This document shows, piece by piece, positions 10,435-20,378 of a stretch of DNA of 64,000 nucleotides. The notes under the pieces are model-generated. The model saw only the letters and a program-made list of their open reading frames with translations, ran no database searches and was not told the DNA's origin. Position numbers and translations under genes: made by a program. The stretch is from an uncultured cyanobacterium (lineage in GTDB: Bacteria; Cyanobacteriota; Cyanobacteriia; Cyanobacteriales; Cyanobacteriaceae): contig CAVVOP010000021.1 of the NCBI GenBank assembly GCA_963749915.1, positions 288,001 to 352,000 on the forward strand. The letters are read 5' to 3'. How positions within the stretch are numbered: position 1 is the first letter of the stretch; the number at the start of each line of letters is the position of its first letter.

Positions 10435-12819
10435 TTAAATTAAACCTAATTCTCGCAAACGTTTTATATATCTTTTCCCTGCATTTATGGGAGAATAATC
10501 AATGGCTATTTTCTGTTGTCCTGCTAAAGCAATTTGTTTAGTTTCAAAGGAATTTTCTACCATTCTCTGCATGATCCAAGCCGCATAATTTAAGTCAGGT
10601 TTTGCCCATTTTTGTCCTTCTGCAAAAGGATATTCATCGGGTTTTAAGGGGGTTAATTTATACTCTACGGGAAAACCTGTTTGCCGATTAATAAAATCAC
10701 AATTTCCAGAATAGTTAGTGGCAATTACTGGTTTACCTAATAACATTGCTTCCGCTAAAGTATAACCAAAACCTTCGGAGCAATGTAACGATACATAACA
10801 ATCACAACAATTCATTAAAGCCATTACTTCACTATGACTTAAATATTCATTGATAACAATAATATCCTTTTCTCTATCAATTATTTCTAATAATTTTTGA
10901 TAGTTTTTATTATCAGGATCATAACCTCTAGTTTTAATAACTAAAGCAGTGGGAATATTCAATTTTTGATGACGAAAAGCCATTCTATATGCCGTGATAA
11001 CAGCCATGGGATTTTTACGAGTAGCAAAAGAGCCAAAATCAAAGTTAAAATGAAATAAAAACTTATCTTGTGGGAGGTTAAAATATTCTCTATTTACCGC
11101 GTTAAAATTACCAATAGCTACTGCTGGTGGCATACATATAACTGGAATAGAAAGTTTCCCCTGTAAAGTGAGTTGAACAAATTTAGAACCAACCCAAACT
11201 TCATCTATATCATGATAATTATTAACCCAACTTTGAGGAAATTTACTCAATTCCCAATAAGGAATATTAACAGTAAATTTGGGTTTATTACTATGGTTTT
11301 TAACCTCTTCCTTAACTGTAGCTAATTGATCAGCATTTACTTGATAAATATGTATAGGAGAATCAATTTTTGAAACCAATAATTGTTTTACTTGATCATC
11401 ATTTTGACGAGCAAAATTGTTATGAATATGATAACCCTGGACATTTACACCTGTTGTTTGTAAACTATTAATAACCATTCTTCCAGCATGTCCTACCCCA
11501 GTTTCAGTTTTTAAGTATCCAACAACATTAATGGGAAACTTAGATTTTTTTTGTAGTAAGGAAAGGGATTTATAATGGCTATTTTTTTTGTGGATACCAT
11601 CTAAAATTGGTTGTAAAAAATAACTATCAATTTGATTTTCTTCTGCATTTTCTATAAACCAAAAGGTATATTTTTTTCTATCTTCATTGTTAAAAAGATT
11701 AAAATTTTTTTGAAGATCTGAACGAGATTCCCAGAAGGAAATCATCAAATTAGTTAAGGAAAAATTTGATAAATTATTATTAAAACTATGATTAATTTGG
11801 TTCAAATAATTGGCAAAAGAAAGAAAAGGATTTTCATACCAAATATCTTTTAATTTTCGATATATTTGCCTAATAACAGTGGGAATAAAAATATCATTAG
11901 TAAAATGACTATAACAATATTTAGGTATAACGTTATTACGGAAACTATGACATTTAAGTTTAGAGATATAGTTATCAATTAATTCTTGCAACTCTTGTGA
12001 TAAATTGCCATTAAAAGCATTAGTATGTTTCGATAATCTTTGATTATTATTGATATTTATACCACTAAAATGAAAGAAAACTAAAGGCTTTTCATCAACG
12101 AACCAACTTTCATCTTTTTTCTCTAAATTTCTTTGAAGTAAATTCCAATAAGCAACGTTGATATTTGTATCTTTTAAAATTTTTACTTTATCATAAAAAG
12201 CAGGTAATAAATCAACAAATTTTTGATCAACAAAAATACCATTGTGTTGTTCATTGATACAATAAAAACGTAGTTTTCTTCCCCACCAATGCAAAAAATT
12301 AATTACTTGATTACTGTTACTTAGGGCAATAAAACCTAAGTTATAAATCCCCGATTGCATTACCCCAATATCTCCGGGGTAGGCGTCTTCTTCTGAGGGT
12401 TTAGTAATATGGGGAGTGATAACAAAATCTGAACCATTATTTAAAGCGGAAAACACCGATTCGAGAGGTGCAAATAATTCAATATCAGGATCTAAATAAA
12501 CAACTTGTTCAAAATTATATTGTTCAATTAATAACTGCATCATGAAGGGTTTTACCCCGGTGTTAAACTCCATGATATCGTAACGAAAAGCAAAATCATA
12601 AAAATGAGGAATATTTAATTTTTCTGCTTCTACTATGGTTACATTCTCAATTTCGAGGGGAAAAAGAGGATTTTGTTTATCCGCTAAACATAGAAAAAGT
12701 TCAGATTCAGGATGGTATTTTTGAAGTGAATTAAATAATATTCTTACATAGGGAAAATAATTATTTGAGCAAATACTCATGATCGCCCTTTTTTTTTGAT
12801 GTTGGTATTGTTTTGTCAT
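10435..12819 (-). CDS. Two-domain glycosyltransferase (N-terminal GT-A/GT8-like plus C-terminal GT4)
   Basis: YLDPDI DxD motif at the N-terminus; SEGFGYTLAEAMLLGKPVIAT (Ex7E) at the C-terminus. Confidence 0.85.
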   Translation of the reverse strand: MTKQYQHQKKRAIMSICSNNYFPYVRILFNSLQKYHPESELFLCLADKQNPLFPLEIENVTIVEAEKLNIPHFYDFAFRYDIMEFNTGVKPFMMQLLIEQYNFEQVVYLDPDIELFAPLESVFSALNNGSDFVITPHITKPSEEDAYPGDIGVMQSGIYNLGFIALSNSNQVINFLHWWGRKLRFYCINEQHNGIFVDQKFVDLLPAFYDKVKILKDTNINVAYWNLLQRNLEKKDESWFVDEKPLVFFHFSGININNNQRLSKHTNAFNGNLSQELQELIDNYISKLKCHSFRNNVIPKYCYSHFTNDIFIPTVIRQIYRKLKDIWYENPFLSFANYLNQINHSFNNNLSNFSLTNLMISFWESRSDLQKNFNLFNNEDRKKYTFWFIENAEENQIDSYFLQPILDGIHKKNSHYKSLSLLQKKSKFPINVVGYLKTETGVGHAGRMVINSLQTTGVNVQGYHIHNNFARQNDDQVKQLLVSKIDSPIHIYQVNADQLATVKEEVKNHSNKPKFTVNIPYWELSKFPQSWVNNYHDIDEVWVGSKFVQLTLQGKLSIPVICMPPAVAIGNFNAVNREYFNLPQDKFLFHFNFDFGSFATRKNPMAVITAYRMAFRHQKLNIPTALVIKTRGYDPDNKNYQKLLEIIDREKDIIVINEYLSHSEVMALMNCCDCYVSLHCSEGFGYTLAEAMLLGKPVIATNYSGNCDFINRQTGFPVEYKLTPLKPDEYPFAEGQKWAKPDLNYAAWIMQRMVENSFETKQIALAGQQKIAIDYSPINAGKRYIKRLRELGLI

Positions 12820-12906
12820 TGTAATTTTAGGTGTTTGTTTATTTATTTCGTCAAATAATGATTAAATCATAATTGCATAAATTAAACCTAATCTATCAAA
12901 CAGAAG

Positions 12907-13866
12907 ATGAATAAAGCATTAATTTGTGGTATTTCAGGACAGGATGGTGCTTATTTAGCTAAATTATTATTAAGCAAAAATTATCTTATTTGTGGAACAT
13001 CAAGAGATGCAGAACAATGTACTTTTAAAAACCTAGTATATTTAGGTATAAAAGATAAAATTCAATTGGAATCAATGGCATTAAATGACTTTCGCAGTGT
13101 ATTGCAAGTAGTCGTTAAGTTTCAACCAGATGAAATTTATAATTTAGCAGGACAAACTTCTGTTGGGTTATCATTTAAACAACCGGTAGAAACTTTAGAA
13201 AGCATCGCTAAAGGGACGTTAAATCTTCTCGAAGTCATTAGATTTACAGGGAAAAACATTAAATATTATAACGCTAGTTCTAGTGAGTGTTTCGGGGATA
13301 TTGGAGATGAACCAGCAGAAGAAACTACGCCTTTTCGACCCCGAAGTCCTTATGCCGTAGCAAAATCTACCGCCTTTTGGGAAGTAGCGAATTATCGAGA
13401 AGCCTATAATGTTTTTGCTTGTTCTGGGATCTTATTTAATCATGAATCACCTTTACGATCAAAAAGATTTGTCACTCAAAAAATTGTTGAAACTGTCTTT
13501 GACATTTATCAGAAAAAAGCGACTCACCTAGATTTAGGAAATCTAAATATTATAAGAGATTGGGGATGGGCTGAAGAATATGTAAAAGCAATGTATTTAA
13601 TGTTACAAAAAGACGAGCCAGATGATTATGTCATTGCTACAGGTATAAGTTATTCATTAAAAGATTTTGTGGAAGAGGCATTTCGTTATTTTAATCTTAA
13701 CTGGTATGATTATGTAACTTCCAATTCTGAATTATTGCGTCCAACGGATTTATCCGTAAGTAGAGGCAACCCAGAAAAAGCTCAAAGAATTTTAGGATGG
13801 AATGCCCATTATCAAATGCCTGATGTAGTTAAAATGATGATTGAAAGTAAAATAAGCTCAAATTAG
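12907..13866 (+). CDS. gmd: GDP-mannose 4,6-dehydratase family protein
   Basis: GISGQDGAYLA, SPYAVAK, LFNHESP, RDWG motifs. Confidence 0.88.
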   Translation: MNKALICGISGQDGAYLAKLLLSKNYLICGTSRDAEQCTFKNLVYLGIKDKIQLESMALNDFRSVLQVVVKFQPDEIYNLAGQTSVGLSFKQPVETLESIAKGTLNLLEVIRFTGKNIKYYNASSSECFGDIGDEPAEETTPFRPRSPYAVAKSTAFWEVANYREAYNVFACSGILFNHESPLRSKRFVTQKIVETVFDIYQKKATHLDLGNLNIIRDWGWAEEYVKAMYLMLQKDEPDDYVIATGISYSLKDFVEEAFRYFNLNWYDYVTSNSELLRPTDLSVSRGNPEKAQRILGWNAHYQMPDVVKMMIESKISSN

Positions 13867-14085
13867 CTTTAAAAATTTCTTTCAATTAAGCTAGAAACCT
13901 AAAAAGTTAGTCAGAGAGAAGCGGTTGAAATGAAAAAAAATCTAGCTATTTATTAAATTTTGGACAAAAAGACAAAATTGGGTTGTAATCATTTCATTAT
14001 CTTATCTAAAAAGAGACAGCGGACGGGCAACAGGCAATAGTCAACAGTGATAAGACTTCTATTATTTTCTATTATTAGTTGATTT

Positions 14086-14111
14086 TTCACAAATCATTTA
14101 GGATTGCTATA
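14086..14111. repeat. Dispersed repeat terminus (...GATTGCTATA), copy 1
   Basis: TTCACAAATCATTTAGGATTGCTATA is 19/26 identical to 21402-21427; both follow heptamer runs. Confidence 0.55.
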
Positions 14112-14142
14112 TGCTATAAATATATAATAAAAACAATTATTT

Positions 14143-14694
14143 ATGTTAGAAATTAAGACTCCTAATATTGAAATAAAAAGAATTAAAGAAAAAATTACCT
14201 CTGAAATAAAACACATAAAAACACAAAAGAAAATAGATGCTAATAATGGTTTAATCTGGGATTGTTTTGAAGAACAAATTAAATATTTTCAAGGTTTCAT
14301 TAATACCGCAAAATCTAGGGCACAAAGAAGAAATAGTTTACCTAATTCATGGCATAAGTTTCCTTTCATCTTTTTATTAAAGCCTTTTGCCTTCATATTT
14401 TTCAAAATCTTAAACTTTATCTTTAAAGATCAAAGAGAGGTAAATTATAATATTTTACAGGCTTTAGAAGAGTCTGTTAAAGTTAATCAAATGCTTTTAG
14501 AACAAATAAAAATTATCAAGAAAAATACTGAGGAAGACTTAATTAGTTTAAAATTTATCGATTCAGATTTAAAAGATAAATATCAGCAGTTGGTAGAAAA
14601 CATTAATTATTTAGAAGCAAAACAGGAAAATTTTTCAAATAGTAATGAAATCAAAAATTCTCTTACCTCTATAAAGATAAATCAGAAACTCTAA
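14143..14694 (+). CDS. Coiled-coil protein in the glycan cluster, possibly the N-terminal part of a longer methyltransferase
   Basis: 183-aa ORF with an amphipathic FPFIFLLKPFAFIFFKILNFIFKDQREVN segment followed by heptads. Confidence 0.55.
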   Translation: MLEIKTPNIEIKRIKEKITSEIKHIKTQKKIDANNGLIWDCFEEQIKYFQGFINTAKSRAQRRNSLPNSWHKFPFIFLLKPFAFIFFKILNFIFKDQREVNYNILQALEESVKVNQMLLEQIKIIKKNTEEDLISLKFIDSDLKDKYQQLVENINYLEAKQENFSNSNEIKNSLTSIKINQKL

Positions 14695-14773
14695 TTATTT
14701 AGTCCATACCAAATCCTGGTAATCTTTGATGAGGAGGCGAATTAGCAGATAGATTTAATCAATATTTTTATCT

Positions 14774-15823
14774 ATGAAAATTATAGTTGTATCAGTAAAT
14801 GCACCTTTTATTATCGGGGGGGCAGAAATTCATGCAGATTCATTAGTAAATATGCTCAGGGAATTTGGCCATGAAGCGGAGTTGGTTACTATTCCCTTTA
14901 AAACTTATCCCAATCAAAGAATTTTGGATAGTATGTTAATGTTTCGCCTTTTAGATATTACAGAATCTAGCGGTAGAACAATTGATCTTGTGATTCCTCT
15001 CAAATTTCCTGCTTATTTGACTCCTCATCCAAATAAAGTACTTTGGTTATTACATCAACATCGAGATGCCTATGATTTATGGAATAATCAAATATGTGGT
15101 TTAGCACAAAATGCCGATGGGCAACAGATTCGAGATACTATTATTAATGCCGATAATAATGCTTTTTCTGAGTGTCGCAAAATTTATAGCAACTCTCACA
15201 ATGTCTCTCGAAGATTGAAAAAATATAATAACTTTGATTCCATTCCTCTTTATCACCCTCCGAAAAATGCCGATCAGTTTTATTGTCATAATTCCCAAAG
15301 TTACTTCTTTTTCCCCAGTCGTTTAACGAAAATAAAAAGACAAGAATTGGTTTTAAATGCGATCGCCAAAACTCATCATGCCGTCAACGTAATTTTTGCG
15401 GGTAGTGCCGTCGATGGACGTTATGATGAAGAATTAAAAGAAATGTCCGCAAAACTAGGAATATCAGATCGAGTAATTTTTTTGAGTAGAATTTCCGAAA
15501 AAGAAAAACTCAAATATTATGCTGAATGTCTTGGGGTGATTTATCCACCCTTAGATGAAGATTATGGTTATGTGACTTTGGAAGGAATGTTATCCTCTAA
15601 ACCTGTTATTACTTGTAGTGATTCTGGAGGTCCCTTAGAATTTTTAATGAATCAGGAAACAGGAATGATTGTGGAATCAACTCCAGAAGCTTTAGCCGAA
15701 GCAATGGATCAATTATGGGATAATCGTAGTCAATCAGTGGTTATGGGGAAAAATGCCAGAAAACATTATGAAAGTATGAATATCACTTGGTCAAATGTTA
15801 TTGAAAAACTGACAACTATATGA
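14774..15823 (+). CDS. GT4 glycosyltransferase
   Basis: GGAE N-terminal motif; EDYGYVTLEGMLSSKPVIT. Confidence 0.9.
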   Translation: MKIIVVSVNAPFIIGGAEIHADSLVNMLREFGHEAELVTIPFKTYPNQRILDSMLMFRLLDITESSGRTIDLVIPLKFPAYLTPHPNKVLWLLHQHRDAYDLWNNQICGLAQNADGQQIRDTIINADNNAFSECRKIYSNSHNVSRRLKKYNNFDSIPLYHPPKNADQFYCHNSQSYFFFPSRLTKIKRQELVLNAIAKTHHAVNVIFAGSAVDGRYDEELKEMSAKLGISDRVIFLSRISEKEKLKYYAECLGVIYPPLDEDYGYVTLEGMLSSKPVITCSDSGGPLEFLMNQETGMIVESTPEALAEAMDQLWDNRSQSVVMGKNARKHYESMNITWSNVIEKLTTI

Positions 15824-17112
15824 AAATAAATTGGTTTTCACCTTTACCACCTGCGAAAACAGAGATAGCCAACTATACCCTGAGAATACTTCCTTATTTA
15901 CACGAAAAAAGTGATGTGACTCTGTGGACAAATCAAGAAGAATGGAATCAAGAATTAGAAAAATACGCACCAGTAAAACAGTGTCAATTAGATAAAATGC
16001 CTTGGTTTGAGTTGAATCAAGGGGATATTAATATTTACCATATTGGCAATAATGCGACTTTTCATGGAGATATATGGGGAATTAGCCGACAATCGCCAGG
16101 TTTAGTTATTTTACATGACTATAAACTACAAGATTTTTTCTATATGTTATATGCCGATAAAAATGACTATATTCAACAAATGAAAAAGATTTATGGGGAA
16201 AAAGGCGGTAAAATCGCTCGATTATTTCTCAATGGACATTATTCCATGGAATTTATCGCTGAAAATTATCCTTTAACACCTTTAGCCTTAGAAAATGCTT
16301 TGGGAGTAATCACCCATAATCGAGAGGTTTATGTTTCCTTATCTCAACAAAATCAATGGTTAACAGCATATACTCCTTTACCATATACTAGCGATGATTT
16401 TGGGAAAAATAAGAATCAAAAAAGCACAAAAATTCCTTATCAGTTGATTATCTTCGGTTTTATCGCCAAAAATCGCCGTTTAGATGTGATTTTAGAAAGT
16501 TTATCCCAATTTAAACATAAAGATAGTTTTCGCTTAGATATTTATGGTCAATTGTGGGACGAAAATTATATTAGCAGACAAATAGAAGAATTGGGCTTGG
16601 AAAATATCGTCACTATTCATGGTTTCGTCAGCGATAACGAGTTAGATTCTGCCTTATCCCATGCTGATTTGGCCATTAATTTATGTTATCCCACCATGGG
16701 AGAGGCTTCTGGGAGTCAATTGCGCATTTGGAATCACGGCTTACCTTCCCTCGTCACTAAAACTGGTTGGTATGGTAGTTTAAACCCCGAAGCTTTGGCT
16801 TTTGTTAGACACAATCATGAAGTTGAGGATATTCATCAACATTTACAAAACTTTTTAGATAATCCCCATGACTATCAACAAATGGGCATAAAAGGGAAAC
16901 AAATATTAGAAAATGATCATCATCCCGATTCATATACCCAAGCTATTATTGTTGTTGCTAAACAAGTTTGCGAATATAGACATCATTCAGCCGTCGATCG
17001 CATAATTAAAAGAGTAGCATCAGAATTAAACTATCTTAACTCTAGCATCCCCTCAAACTCAAATTTGACCAATATCAGTGAAGTTATCAAATTTATTACC
17101 GCTAATCAATAG
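15820..17112 (+). CDS. GT4-like glycosyltransferase
   Basis: WFSPLPPAKTEIANY, YHIGNN..H, NLCYPTMGEASG motifs; ATGA overlap with the previous gene. Confidence 0.85.
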   Translation: MKINWFSPLPPAKTEIANYTLRILPYLHEKSDVTLWTNQEEWNQELEKYAPVKQCQLDKMPWFELNQGDINIYHIGNNATFHGDIWGISRQSPGLVILHDYKLQDFFYMLYADKNDYIQQMKKIYGEKGGKIARLFLNGHYSMEFIAENYPLTPLALENALGVITHNREVYVSLSQQNQWLTAYTPLPYTSDDFGKNKNQKSTKIPYQLIIFGFIAKNRRLDVILESLSQFKHKDSFRLDIYGQLWDENYISRQIEELGLENIVTIHGFVSDNELDSALSHADLAINLCYPTMGEASGSQLRIWNHGLPSLVTKTGWYGSLNPEALAFVRHNHEVEDIHQHLQNFLDNPHDYQQMGIKGKQILENDHHPDSYTQAIIVVAKQVCEYRHHSAVDRIIKRVASELNYLNSSIPSNSNLTNISEVIKFITANQ

Positions 17113-17345
17113 GAATAAATTTCCCAAATTAATCAATTAAATAGTATTGCCACGTATTGATAGGATGTTCTTAAAAATGAAATCAATAATGGTTTTAACC
17201 CACTTTCCACACTTCTTAACAACTGATCGATAAGATTTAATTATGCTTCGCTTATACTCTTTCTACTGCAAAGATTATAGCGATTTAGTCAGCGATCGCT
17301 CAATGTAAAGATTTATTATCATAATTCTCAGAAAAAATTAGTTAT

Positions 17346-17360
17346 TGAGAAATATTATCA
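17346..17360. promoter_or_regulatory. Candidate Fur box
   Basis: TGAGAAA-T-ATTATCA matches the 7-1-7 consensus TGATAAT-N-ATTATCA at 12/14. Confidence 0.4.
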
Positions 17361-17367
17361 GCACTGA

Positions 17368-17592
17368 TTCTCCAAAGTACAGTTTTTCGTAAAAACAATT
17401 TTTGTAGCATTTGCATTTCCTTTTATTTGTCTATTTTCTTTCTTGTTTTTCAAAAACTATTCAGTTAAACTTTTATCTCAAATAATTAAACGGCATAAAT
17501 TATTTTTTTTTCTGGGTACTTTTCCTGTGTTAGTATTTTTTCCTTGGTTTAATTTTTATCATAATTATATTCATTTTGGTTCATGGGTTTGA
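17368..17592 (+). pseudogene. Startless hydrophobic reading frame, probable membrane-protein remnant
   Basis: Open frame ...KTIFVAFAFPFICLFSFLFF...FLGTFPVLVFFPWFNFYHNYIHFGSWV* with no ATG; family not identified. Confidence 0.3.
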
Positions 17593-17619
17593 TAATGCAA
17601 AAATTTTAATTGCGAGCTG

Positions 17620-18828
17620 TTAGTCTCCCTTTTCAACATAGGATTGAAGATATTGGAAGTGCTTAGCCAATTTCCCCTTTTTTGCTACGGTAGCCCGTTC
17701 AATCATCCCTGTATCTTTTAGCCCGAGCAATTCTGCCAACACATTGGTGATGAACTGTTCGCCAAAGGATTGGGAGGCCTCAAGAGGCAACTCATTCGGT
17801 AAGTTGTCGATGGTCATCATATCTACGGTGTGAGCTTGATATGGTTCGGTGGCAACGCCTGTTTGAGGATCGTATCCGAATACCGGATCGGCAATAGTCG
17901 TAGCCAAAAGCGTAGAGGGAATAGACCCATTGGGGGCAAGATCACAGGTAATATCGGCAATTACCTGGAGCTTGAATTCTTCTTTTTTCATCTCCTCCGC
18001 CGAGAAAAATTTGGGGGCATCGGGATCCCAATAAATTCCATTAATCATCAAATCGGCTACCTTGGTGTAAGGTGCAAAAATTGATTGATACTCCTGGGGA
18101 TTAGCCACAAAATCCTCGAACTGAAATGCCCTGCCATCTTTGCGTGCAGCATAGTCTGAGCAATCGAGCTGAGTATAAACAGCTTGGTCGAACTCCTGAG
18201 TTAAGAACTCTTGAGGATTAACTCTAGTAATACCCATGTGGTCTAGCACTTCTGAAGCTCCTCCGGCGACACGACCACCTCCAGTAAGGACAATTTTCAT
18301 TTTCGGTAGGTTGAGTGTTTGATAAGAGGCAATGGCCGCACTGTAATCATCATATTTGTGCATTTGTTCTAGGTTGTATGCTCCAGTGCGCTTGCCATAG
18401 GCCATCATGCCATTGTGTGCTCCAACAATTCCGGCAAAACGTCCGAAAGCAATCGCCCTTTGACCATCCAGCCGGGTCAATACTTCGTAGTCAATGAGTG
18501 TAATATTTTTGGCTAAAATGGTTTGTAATAATTTTCGGTTATAGGGTTGTTCTTTGATAGTGTGGGAGAAGAACATGTAGGTTTTGTGGGGAATCAACTG
18601 GTCAATAGGTACTTCCTTGATACCCATGAGGATATGACAGTGTGATAAATCCTTCGAGATAATCAGTCCAGCCGCTTTGTATTGAGCGTCTGAAATACAT
18701 CGGGTCGGACTTGGCTCAATGATAAATTCAACATCATATTGAGTTTGGATTTCAACACATTGTTGTGGGGTCAGAGCTACTCGTGAATCCGGTGGTTTTT
18801 TACCTTCGCAGACAATTCCTATTTTCAT
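17620..18828 (-). CDS. Saccharopine dehydrogenase (lysine-forming)/lysine-ketoglutarate reductase-like oxidoreductase, AlaDh/PNT fold
   Basis: KIGIVCEGKKPPDSRVALTP, FFSHTIKEQPYN, GGGRVAGG, IADITCD, IDNLPNELP motifs; ATG at 18828 preferred. Confidence 0.82.
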   Translation of the reverse strand: MKIGIVCEGKKPPDSRVALTPQQCVEIQTQYDVEFIIEPSPTRCISDAQYKAAGLIISKDLSHCHILMGIKEVPIDQLIPHKTYMFFSHTIKEQPYNRKLLQTILAKNITLIDYEVLTRLDGQRAIAFGRFAGIVGAHNGMMAYGKRTGAYNLEQMHKYDDYSAAIASYQTLNLPKMKIVLTGGGRVAGGASEVLDHMGITRVNPQEFLTQEFDQAVYTQLDCSDYAARKDGRAFQFEDFVANPQEYQSIFAPYTKVADLMINGIYWDPDAPKFFSAEEMKKEEFKLQVIADITCDLAPNGSIPSTLLATTIADPVFGYDPQTGVATEPYQAHTVDMMTIDNLPNELPLEASQSFGEQFITNVLAELLGLKDTGMIERATVAKKGKLAKHFQYLQSYVEKGD

Positions 18829-18927
18829 GGAATGGTTGTTTTTCAATAGCGACTCTAATTATAACCTGAGTTTTGCACTAACATAATAAATACTTGTAGT
18901 CCCCTCAAATCCTGAATGAGTTGCGAA

Positions 18928-19400
18928 CCCACATTCCGCACGTCACTTTGTAAGATGATAAAAGTATTAAAACCAAGCAACTTATTCGGGACAAAACATA
19001 AGAATAATACTCAATATCTTCTTTATTCGCGTTTTGTACTCGCGAACTTTGCTAAATTAAAATCTCATTGTCAATAACGGCATCTTTAATGCGAATAAAT
19101 GAACAGAGCAAATGTATCAGTTTTCGCGTTCGGTATTTATGGTATTAGGATTGAGAATGTTTAGACTCTTAAATCCCATAAGTTATCCAGATCAAATATA
19201 ATAATTATGACAAGAGATCGGGAAAAAACTTAAAATTAGTTTTCGTTCATTGTTAGACTTACTATCGGTTTGCATTCATGGATTTATTACTAGAATGAAT
19301 GCCCTGAAAACATTGAAATATCCATCTTAACGTTGGACGTTCCGTCAGTTTCCCCAAGCTGATACTTTATCCGCGTTTTTCTCAGATTCGACGAGCGATC
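18928..19400 (-). mobile_element. IS1634-family remnant (transposase C-terminus and one terminus)
   Basis: Minus strand LGKLTERPTLRWIFQCFQGIH and ERKLILSFFPISCHNYYI with frameshifts; CCCACATTCCGCA terminal sequence at 18928. Confidence 0.75.
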
Positions 19401-19442
19401 GCACTTCTCTTTGCCCCAATGAATAGACTAACAGACATAACT

Positions 19443-19653
19443 CGAAAAACACAAAGAATATATACAGTTTTTATACGATAGCTCTAAAGGCTTGGCAAAC
19501 AGGCATGAATTAGCAAAACTAATGCTATTTAGTTGCTCGAAAAGGGTAAAGTCAGAAGAGAGGAACAGTCGGAGTGATTCTCTTTTAAATAGATGTGAAT
19601 CCCTCGGAAGATTATTATCAGCATTGATTCGTGCCCTCGAAAACAAAAACTGA
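19443..19653 (+). pseudogene. Four-helix-bundle (23S rRNA IVP/S23-like) gene fragments
   Basis: Pieces in shifted frames: KEYIQFLY; LKAWQTGMN..CYLVAR; DSLLNRCESLGRLLSALIRALENKN*. Confidence 0.65.
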
Positions 19654-19703
19654 ATTTTCCCTATCACCCAACCCCATAGAACCCAAAGTATACCATCAGA
19701 TTC

Positions 19704-19810
19704 GGGAGAAGAACCACGAAAGAGTATATATCAGTTTTGACCTATAGCTTTGGGGTCCCTCAGAGAACTAGACACGGAGTTAATTATAGCTAAAAGGGTA
19801 AAATTGGCTG
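19704..19810 (+). pseudogene. Four-helix-bundle gene, central fragment
   Basis: GRRTTKEYI, then after a frameshift IALGSLRELDTELIIAKRVKLA. Confidence 0.75.
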
Positions 19811-19855
19811 CAATATTCAGCCTTTTCAGTTGATCTAACTTTTCTTAAAATCTGC

Positions 19856-20378
19856 TACTAGAGCACCAATTTTGTTTTGAGGGATAAAAAAAGAGCTAAT
19901 CTGGAAGAAGTTATCAAACTTCAGACCATAAAATGCCCAAAAAAAAATATATCGTAGATCTAACAAAGTCCGAAAGAGCTGAACTCGAGCAGCTAACCAA
20001 GAAAGGAAAAATAGCAGCTTACAAAATGAACCATGCCAGAATACTATTGTTAGCAGATGTCAATCAACCAGAAGGCGGTTGGACAGATCTAAAAATCAGT
20101 GAAGCCTTAAATGTTAGTCAAGCAACAATTGAGAGAGTGCGGCAAAGATTTGTCGAATCAGGGATTGAATCAGCTTTAACTAGAAGAGAGCAAAAGAATC
20201 GTCGAAGCAAAATTATCGATGGTGAAAAAGAAGCTTATCTAATTGCAATTGCTTGTAGTGAAACCTCAATGGGACAAGCAAAATGGACACTTCAAATGCT
20301 GGCAGATAAAATGGTCGAACTTCAATATGTGGAAAAAGTATCGAGAGAAACTATTCGAAAAACATTAAAAAAAACGAA
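19856..20378 (+). mobile_element. IS630-family element, 5' part only (HTH ORF from 19933)
   Basis: MPKKKYIVDLT..ER..L, ARILLLAD, WTLQMLADKMVEL, ETIRKTLKK; A8C slippery run at 20367-20375; DDE half missing; left end assigned approximately. Confidence 0.85.

Noticed and set aside
19022..19099. TTTATTCGC...GCGAATAAA inverted repeat considered as a structured ncRNA
   Set aside because: Lies inside the IS1634 remnant's non-coding end; a single 9-bp stem is not enough support
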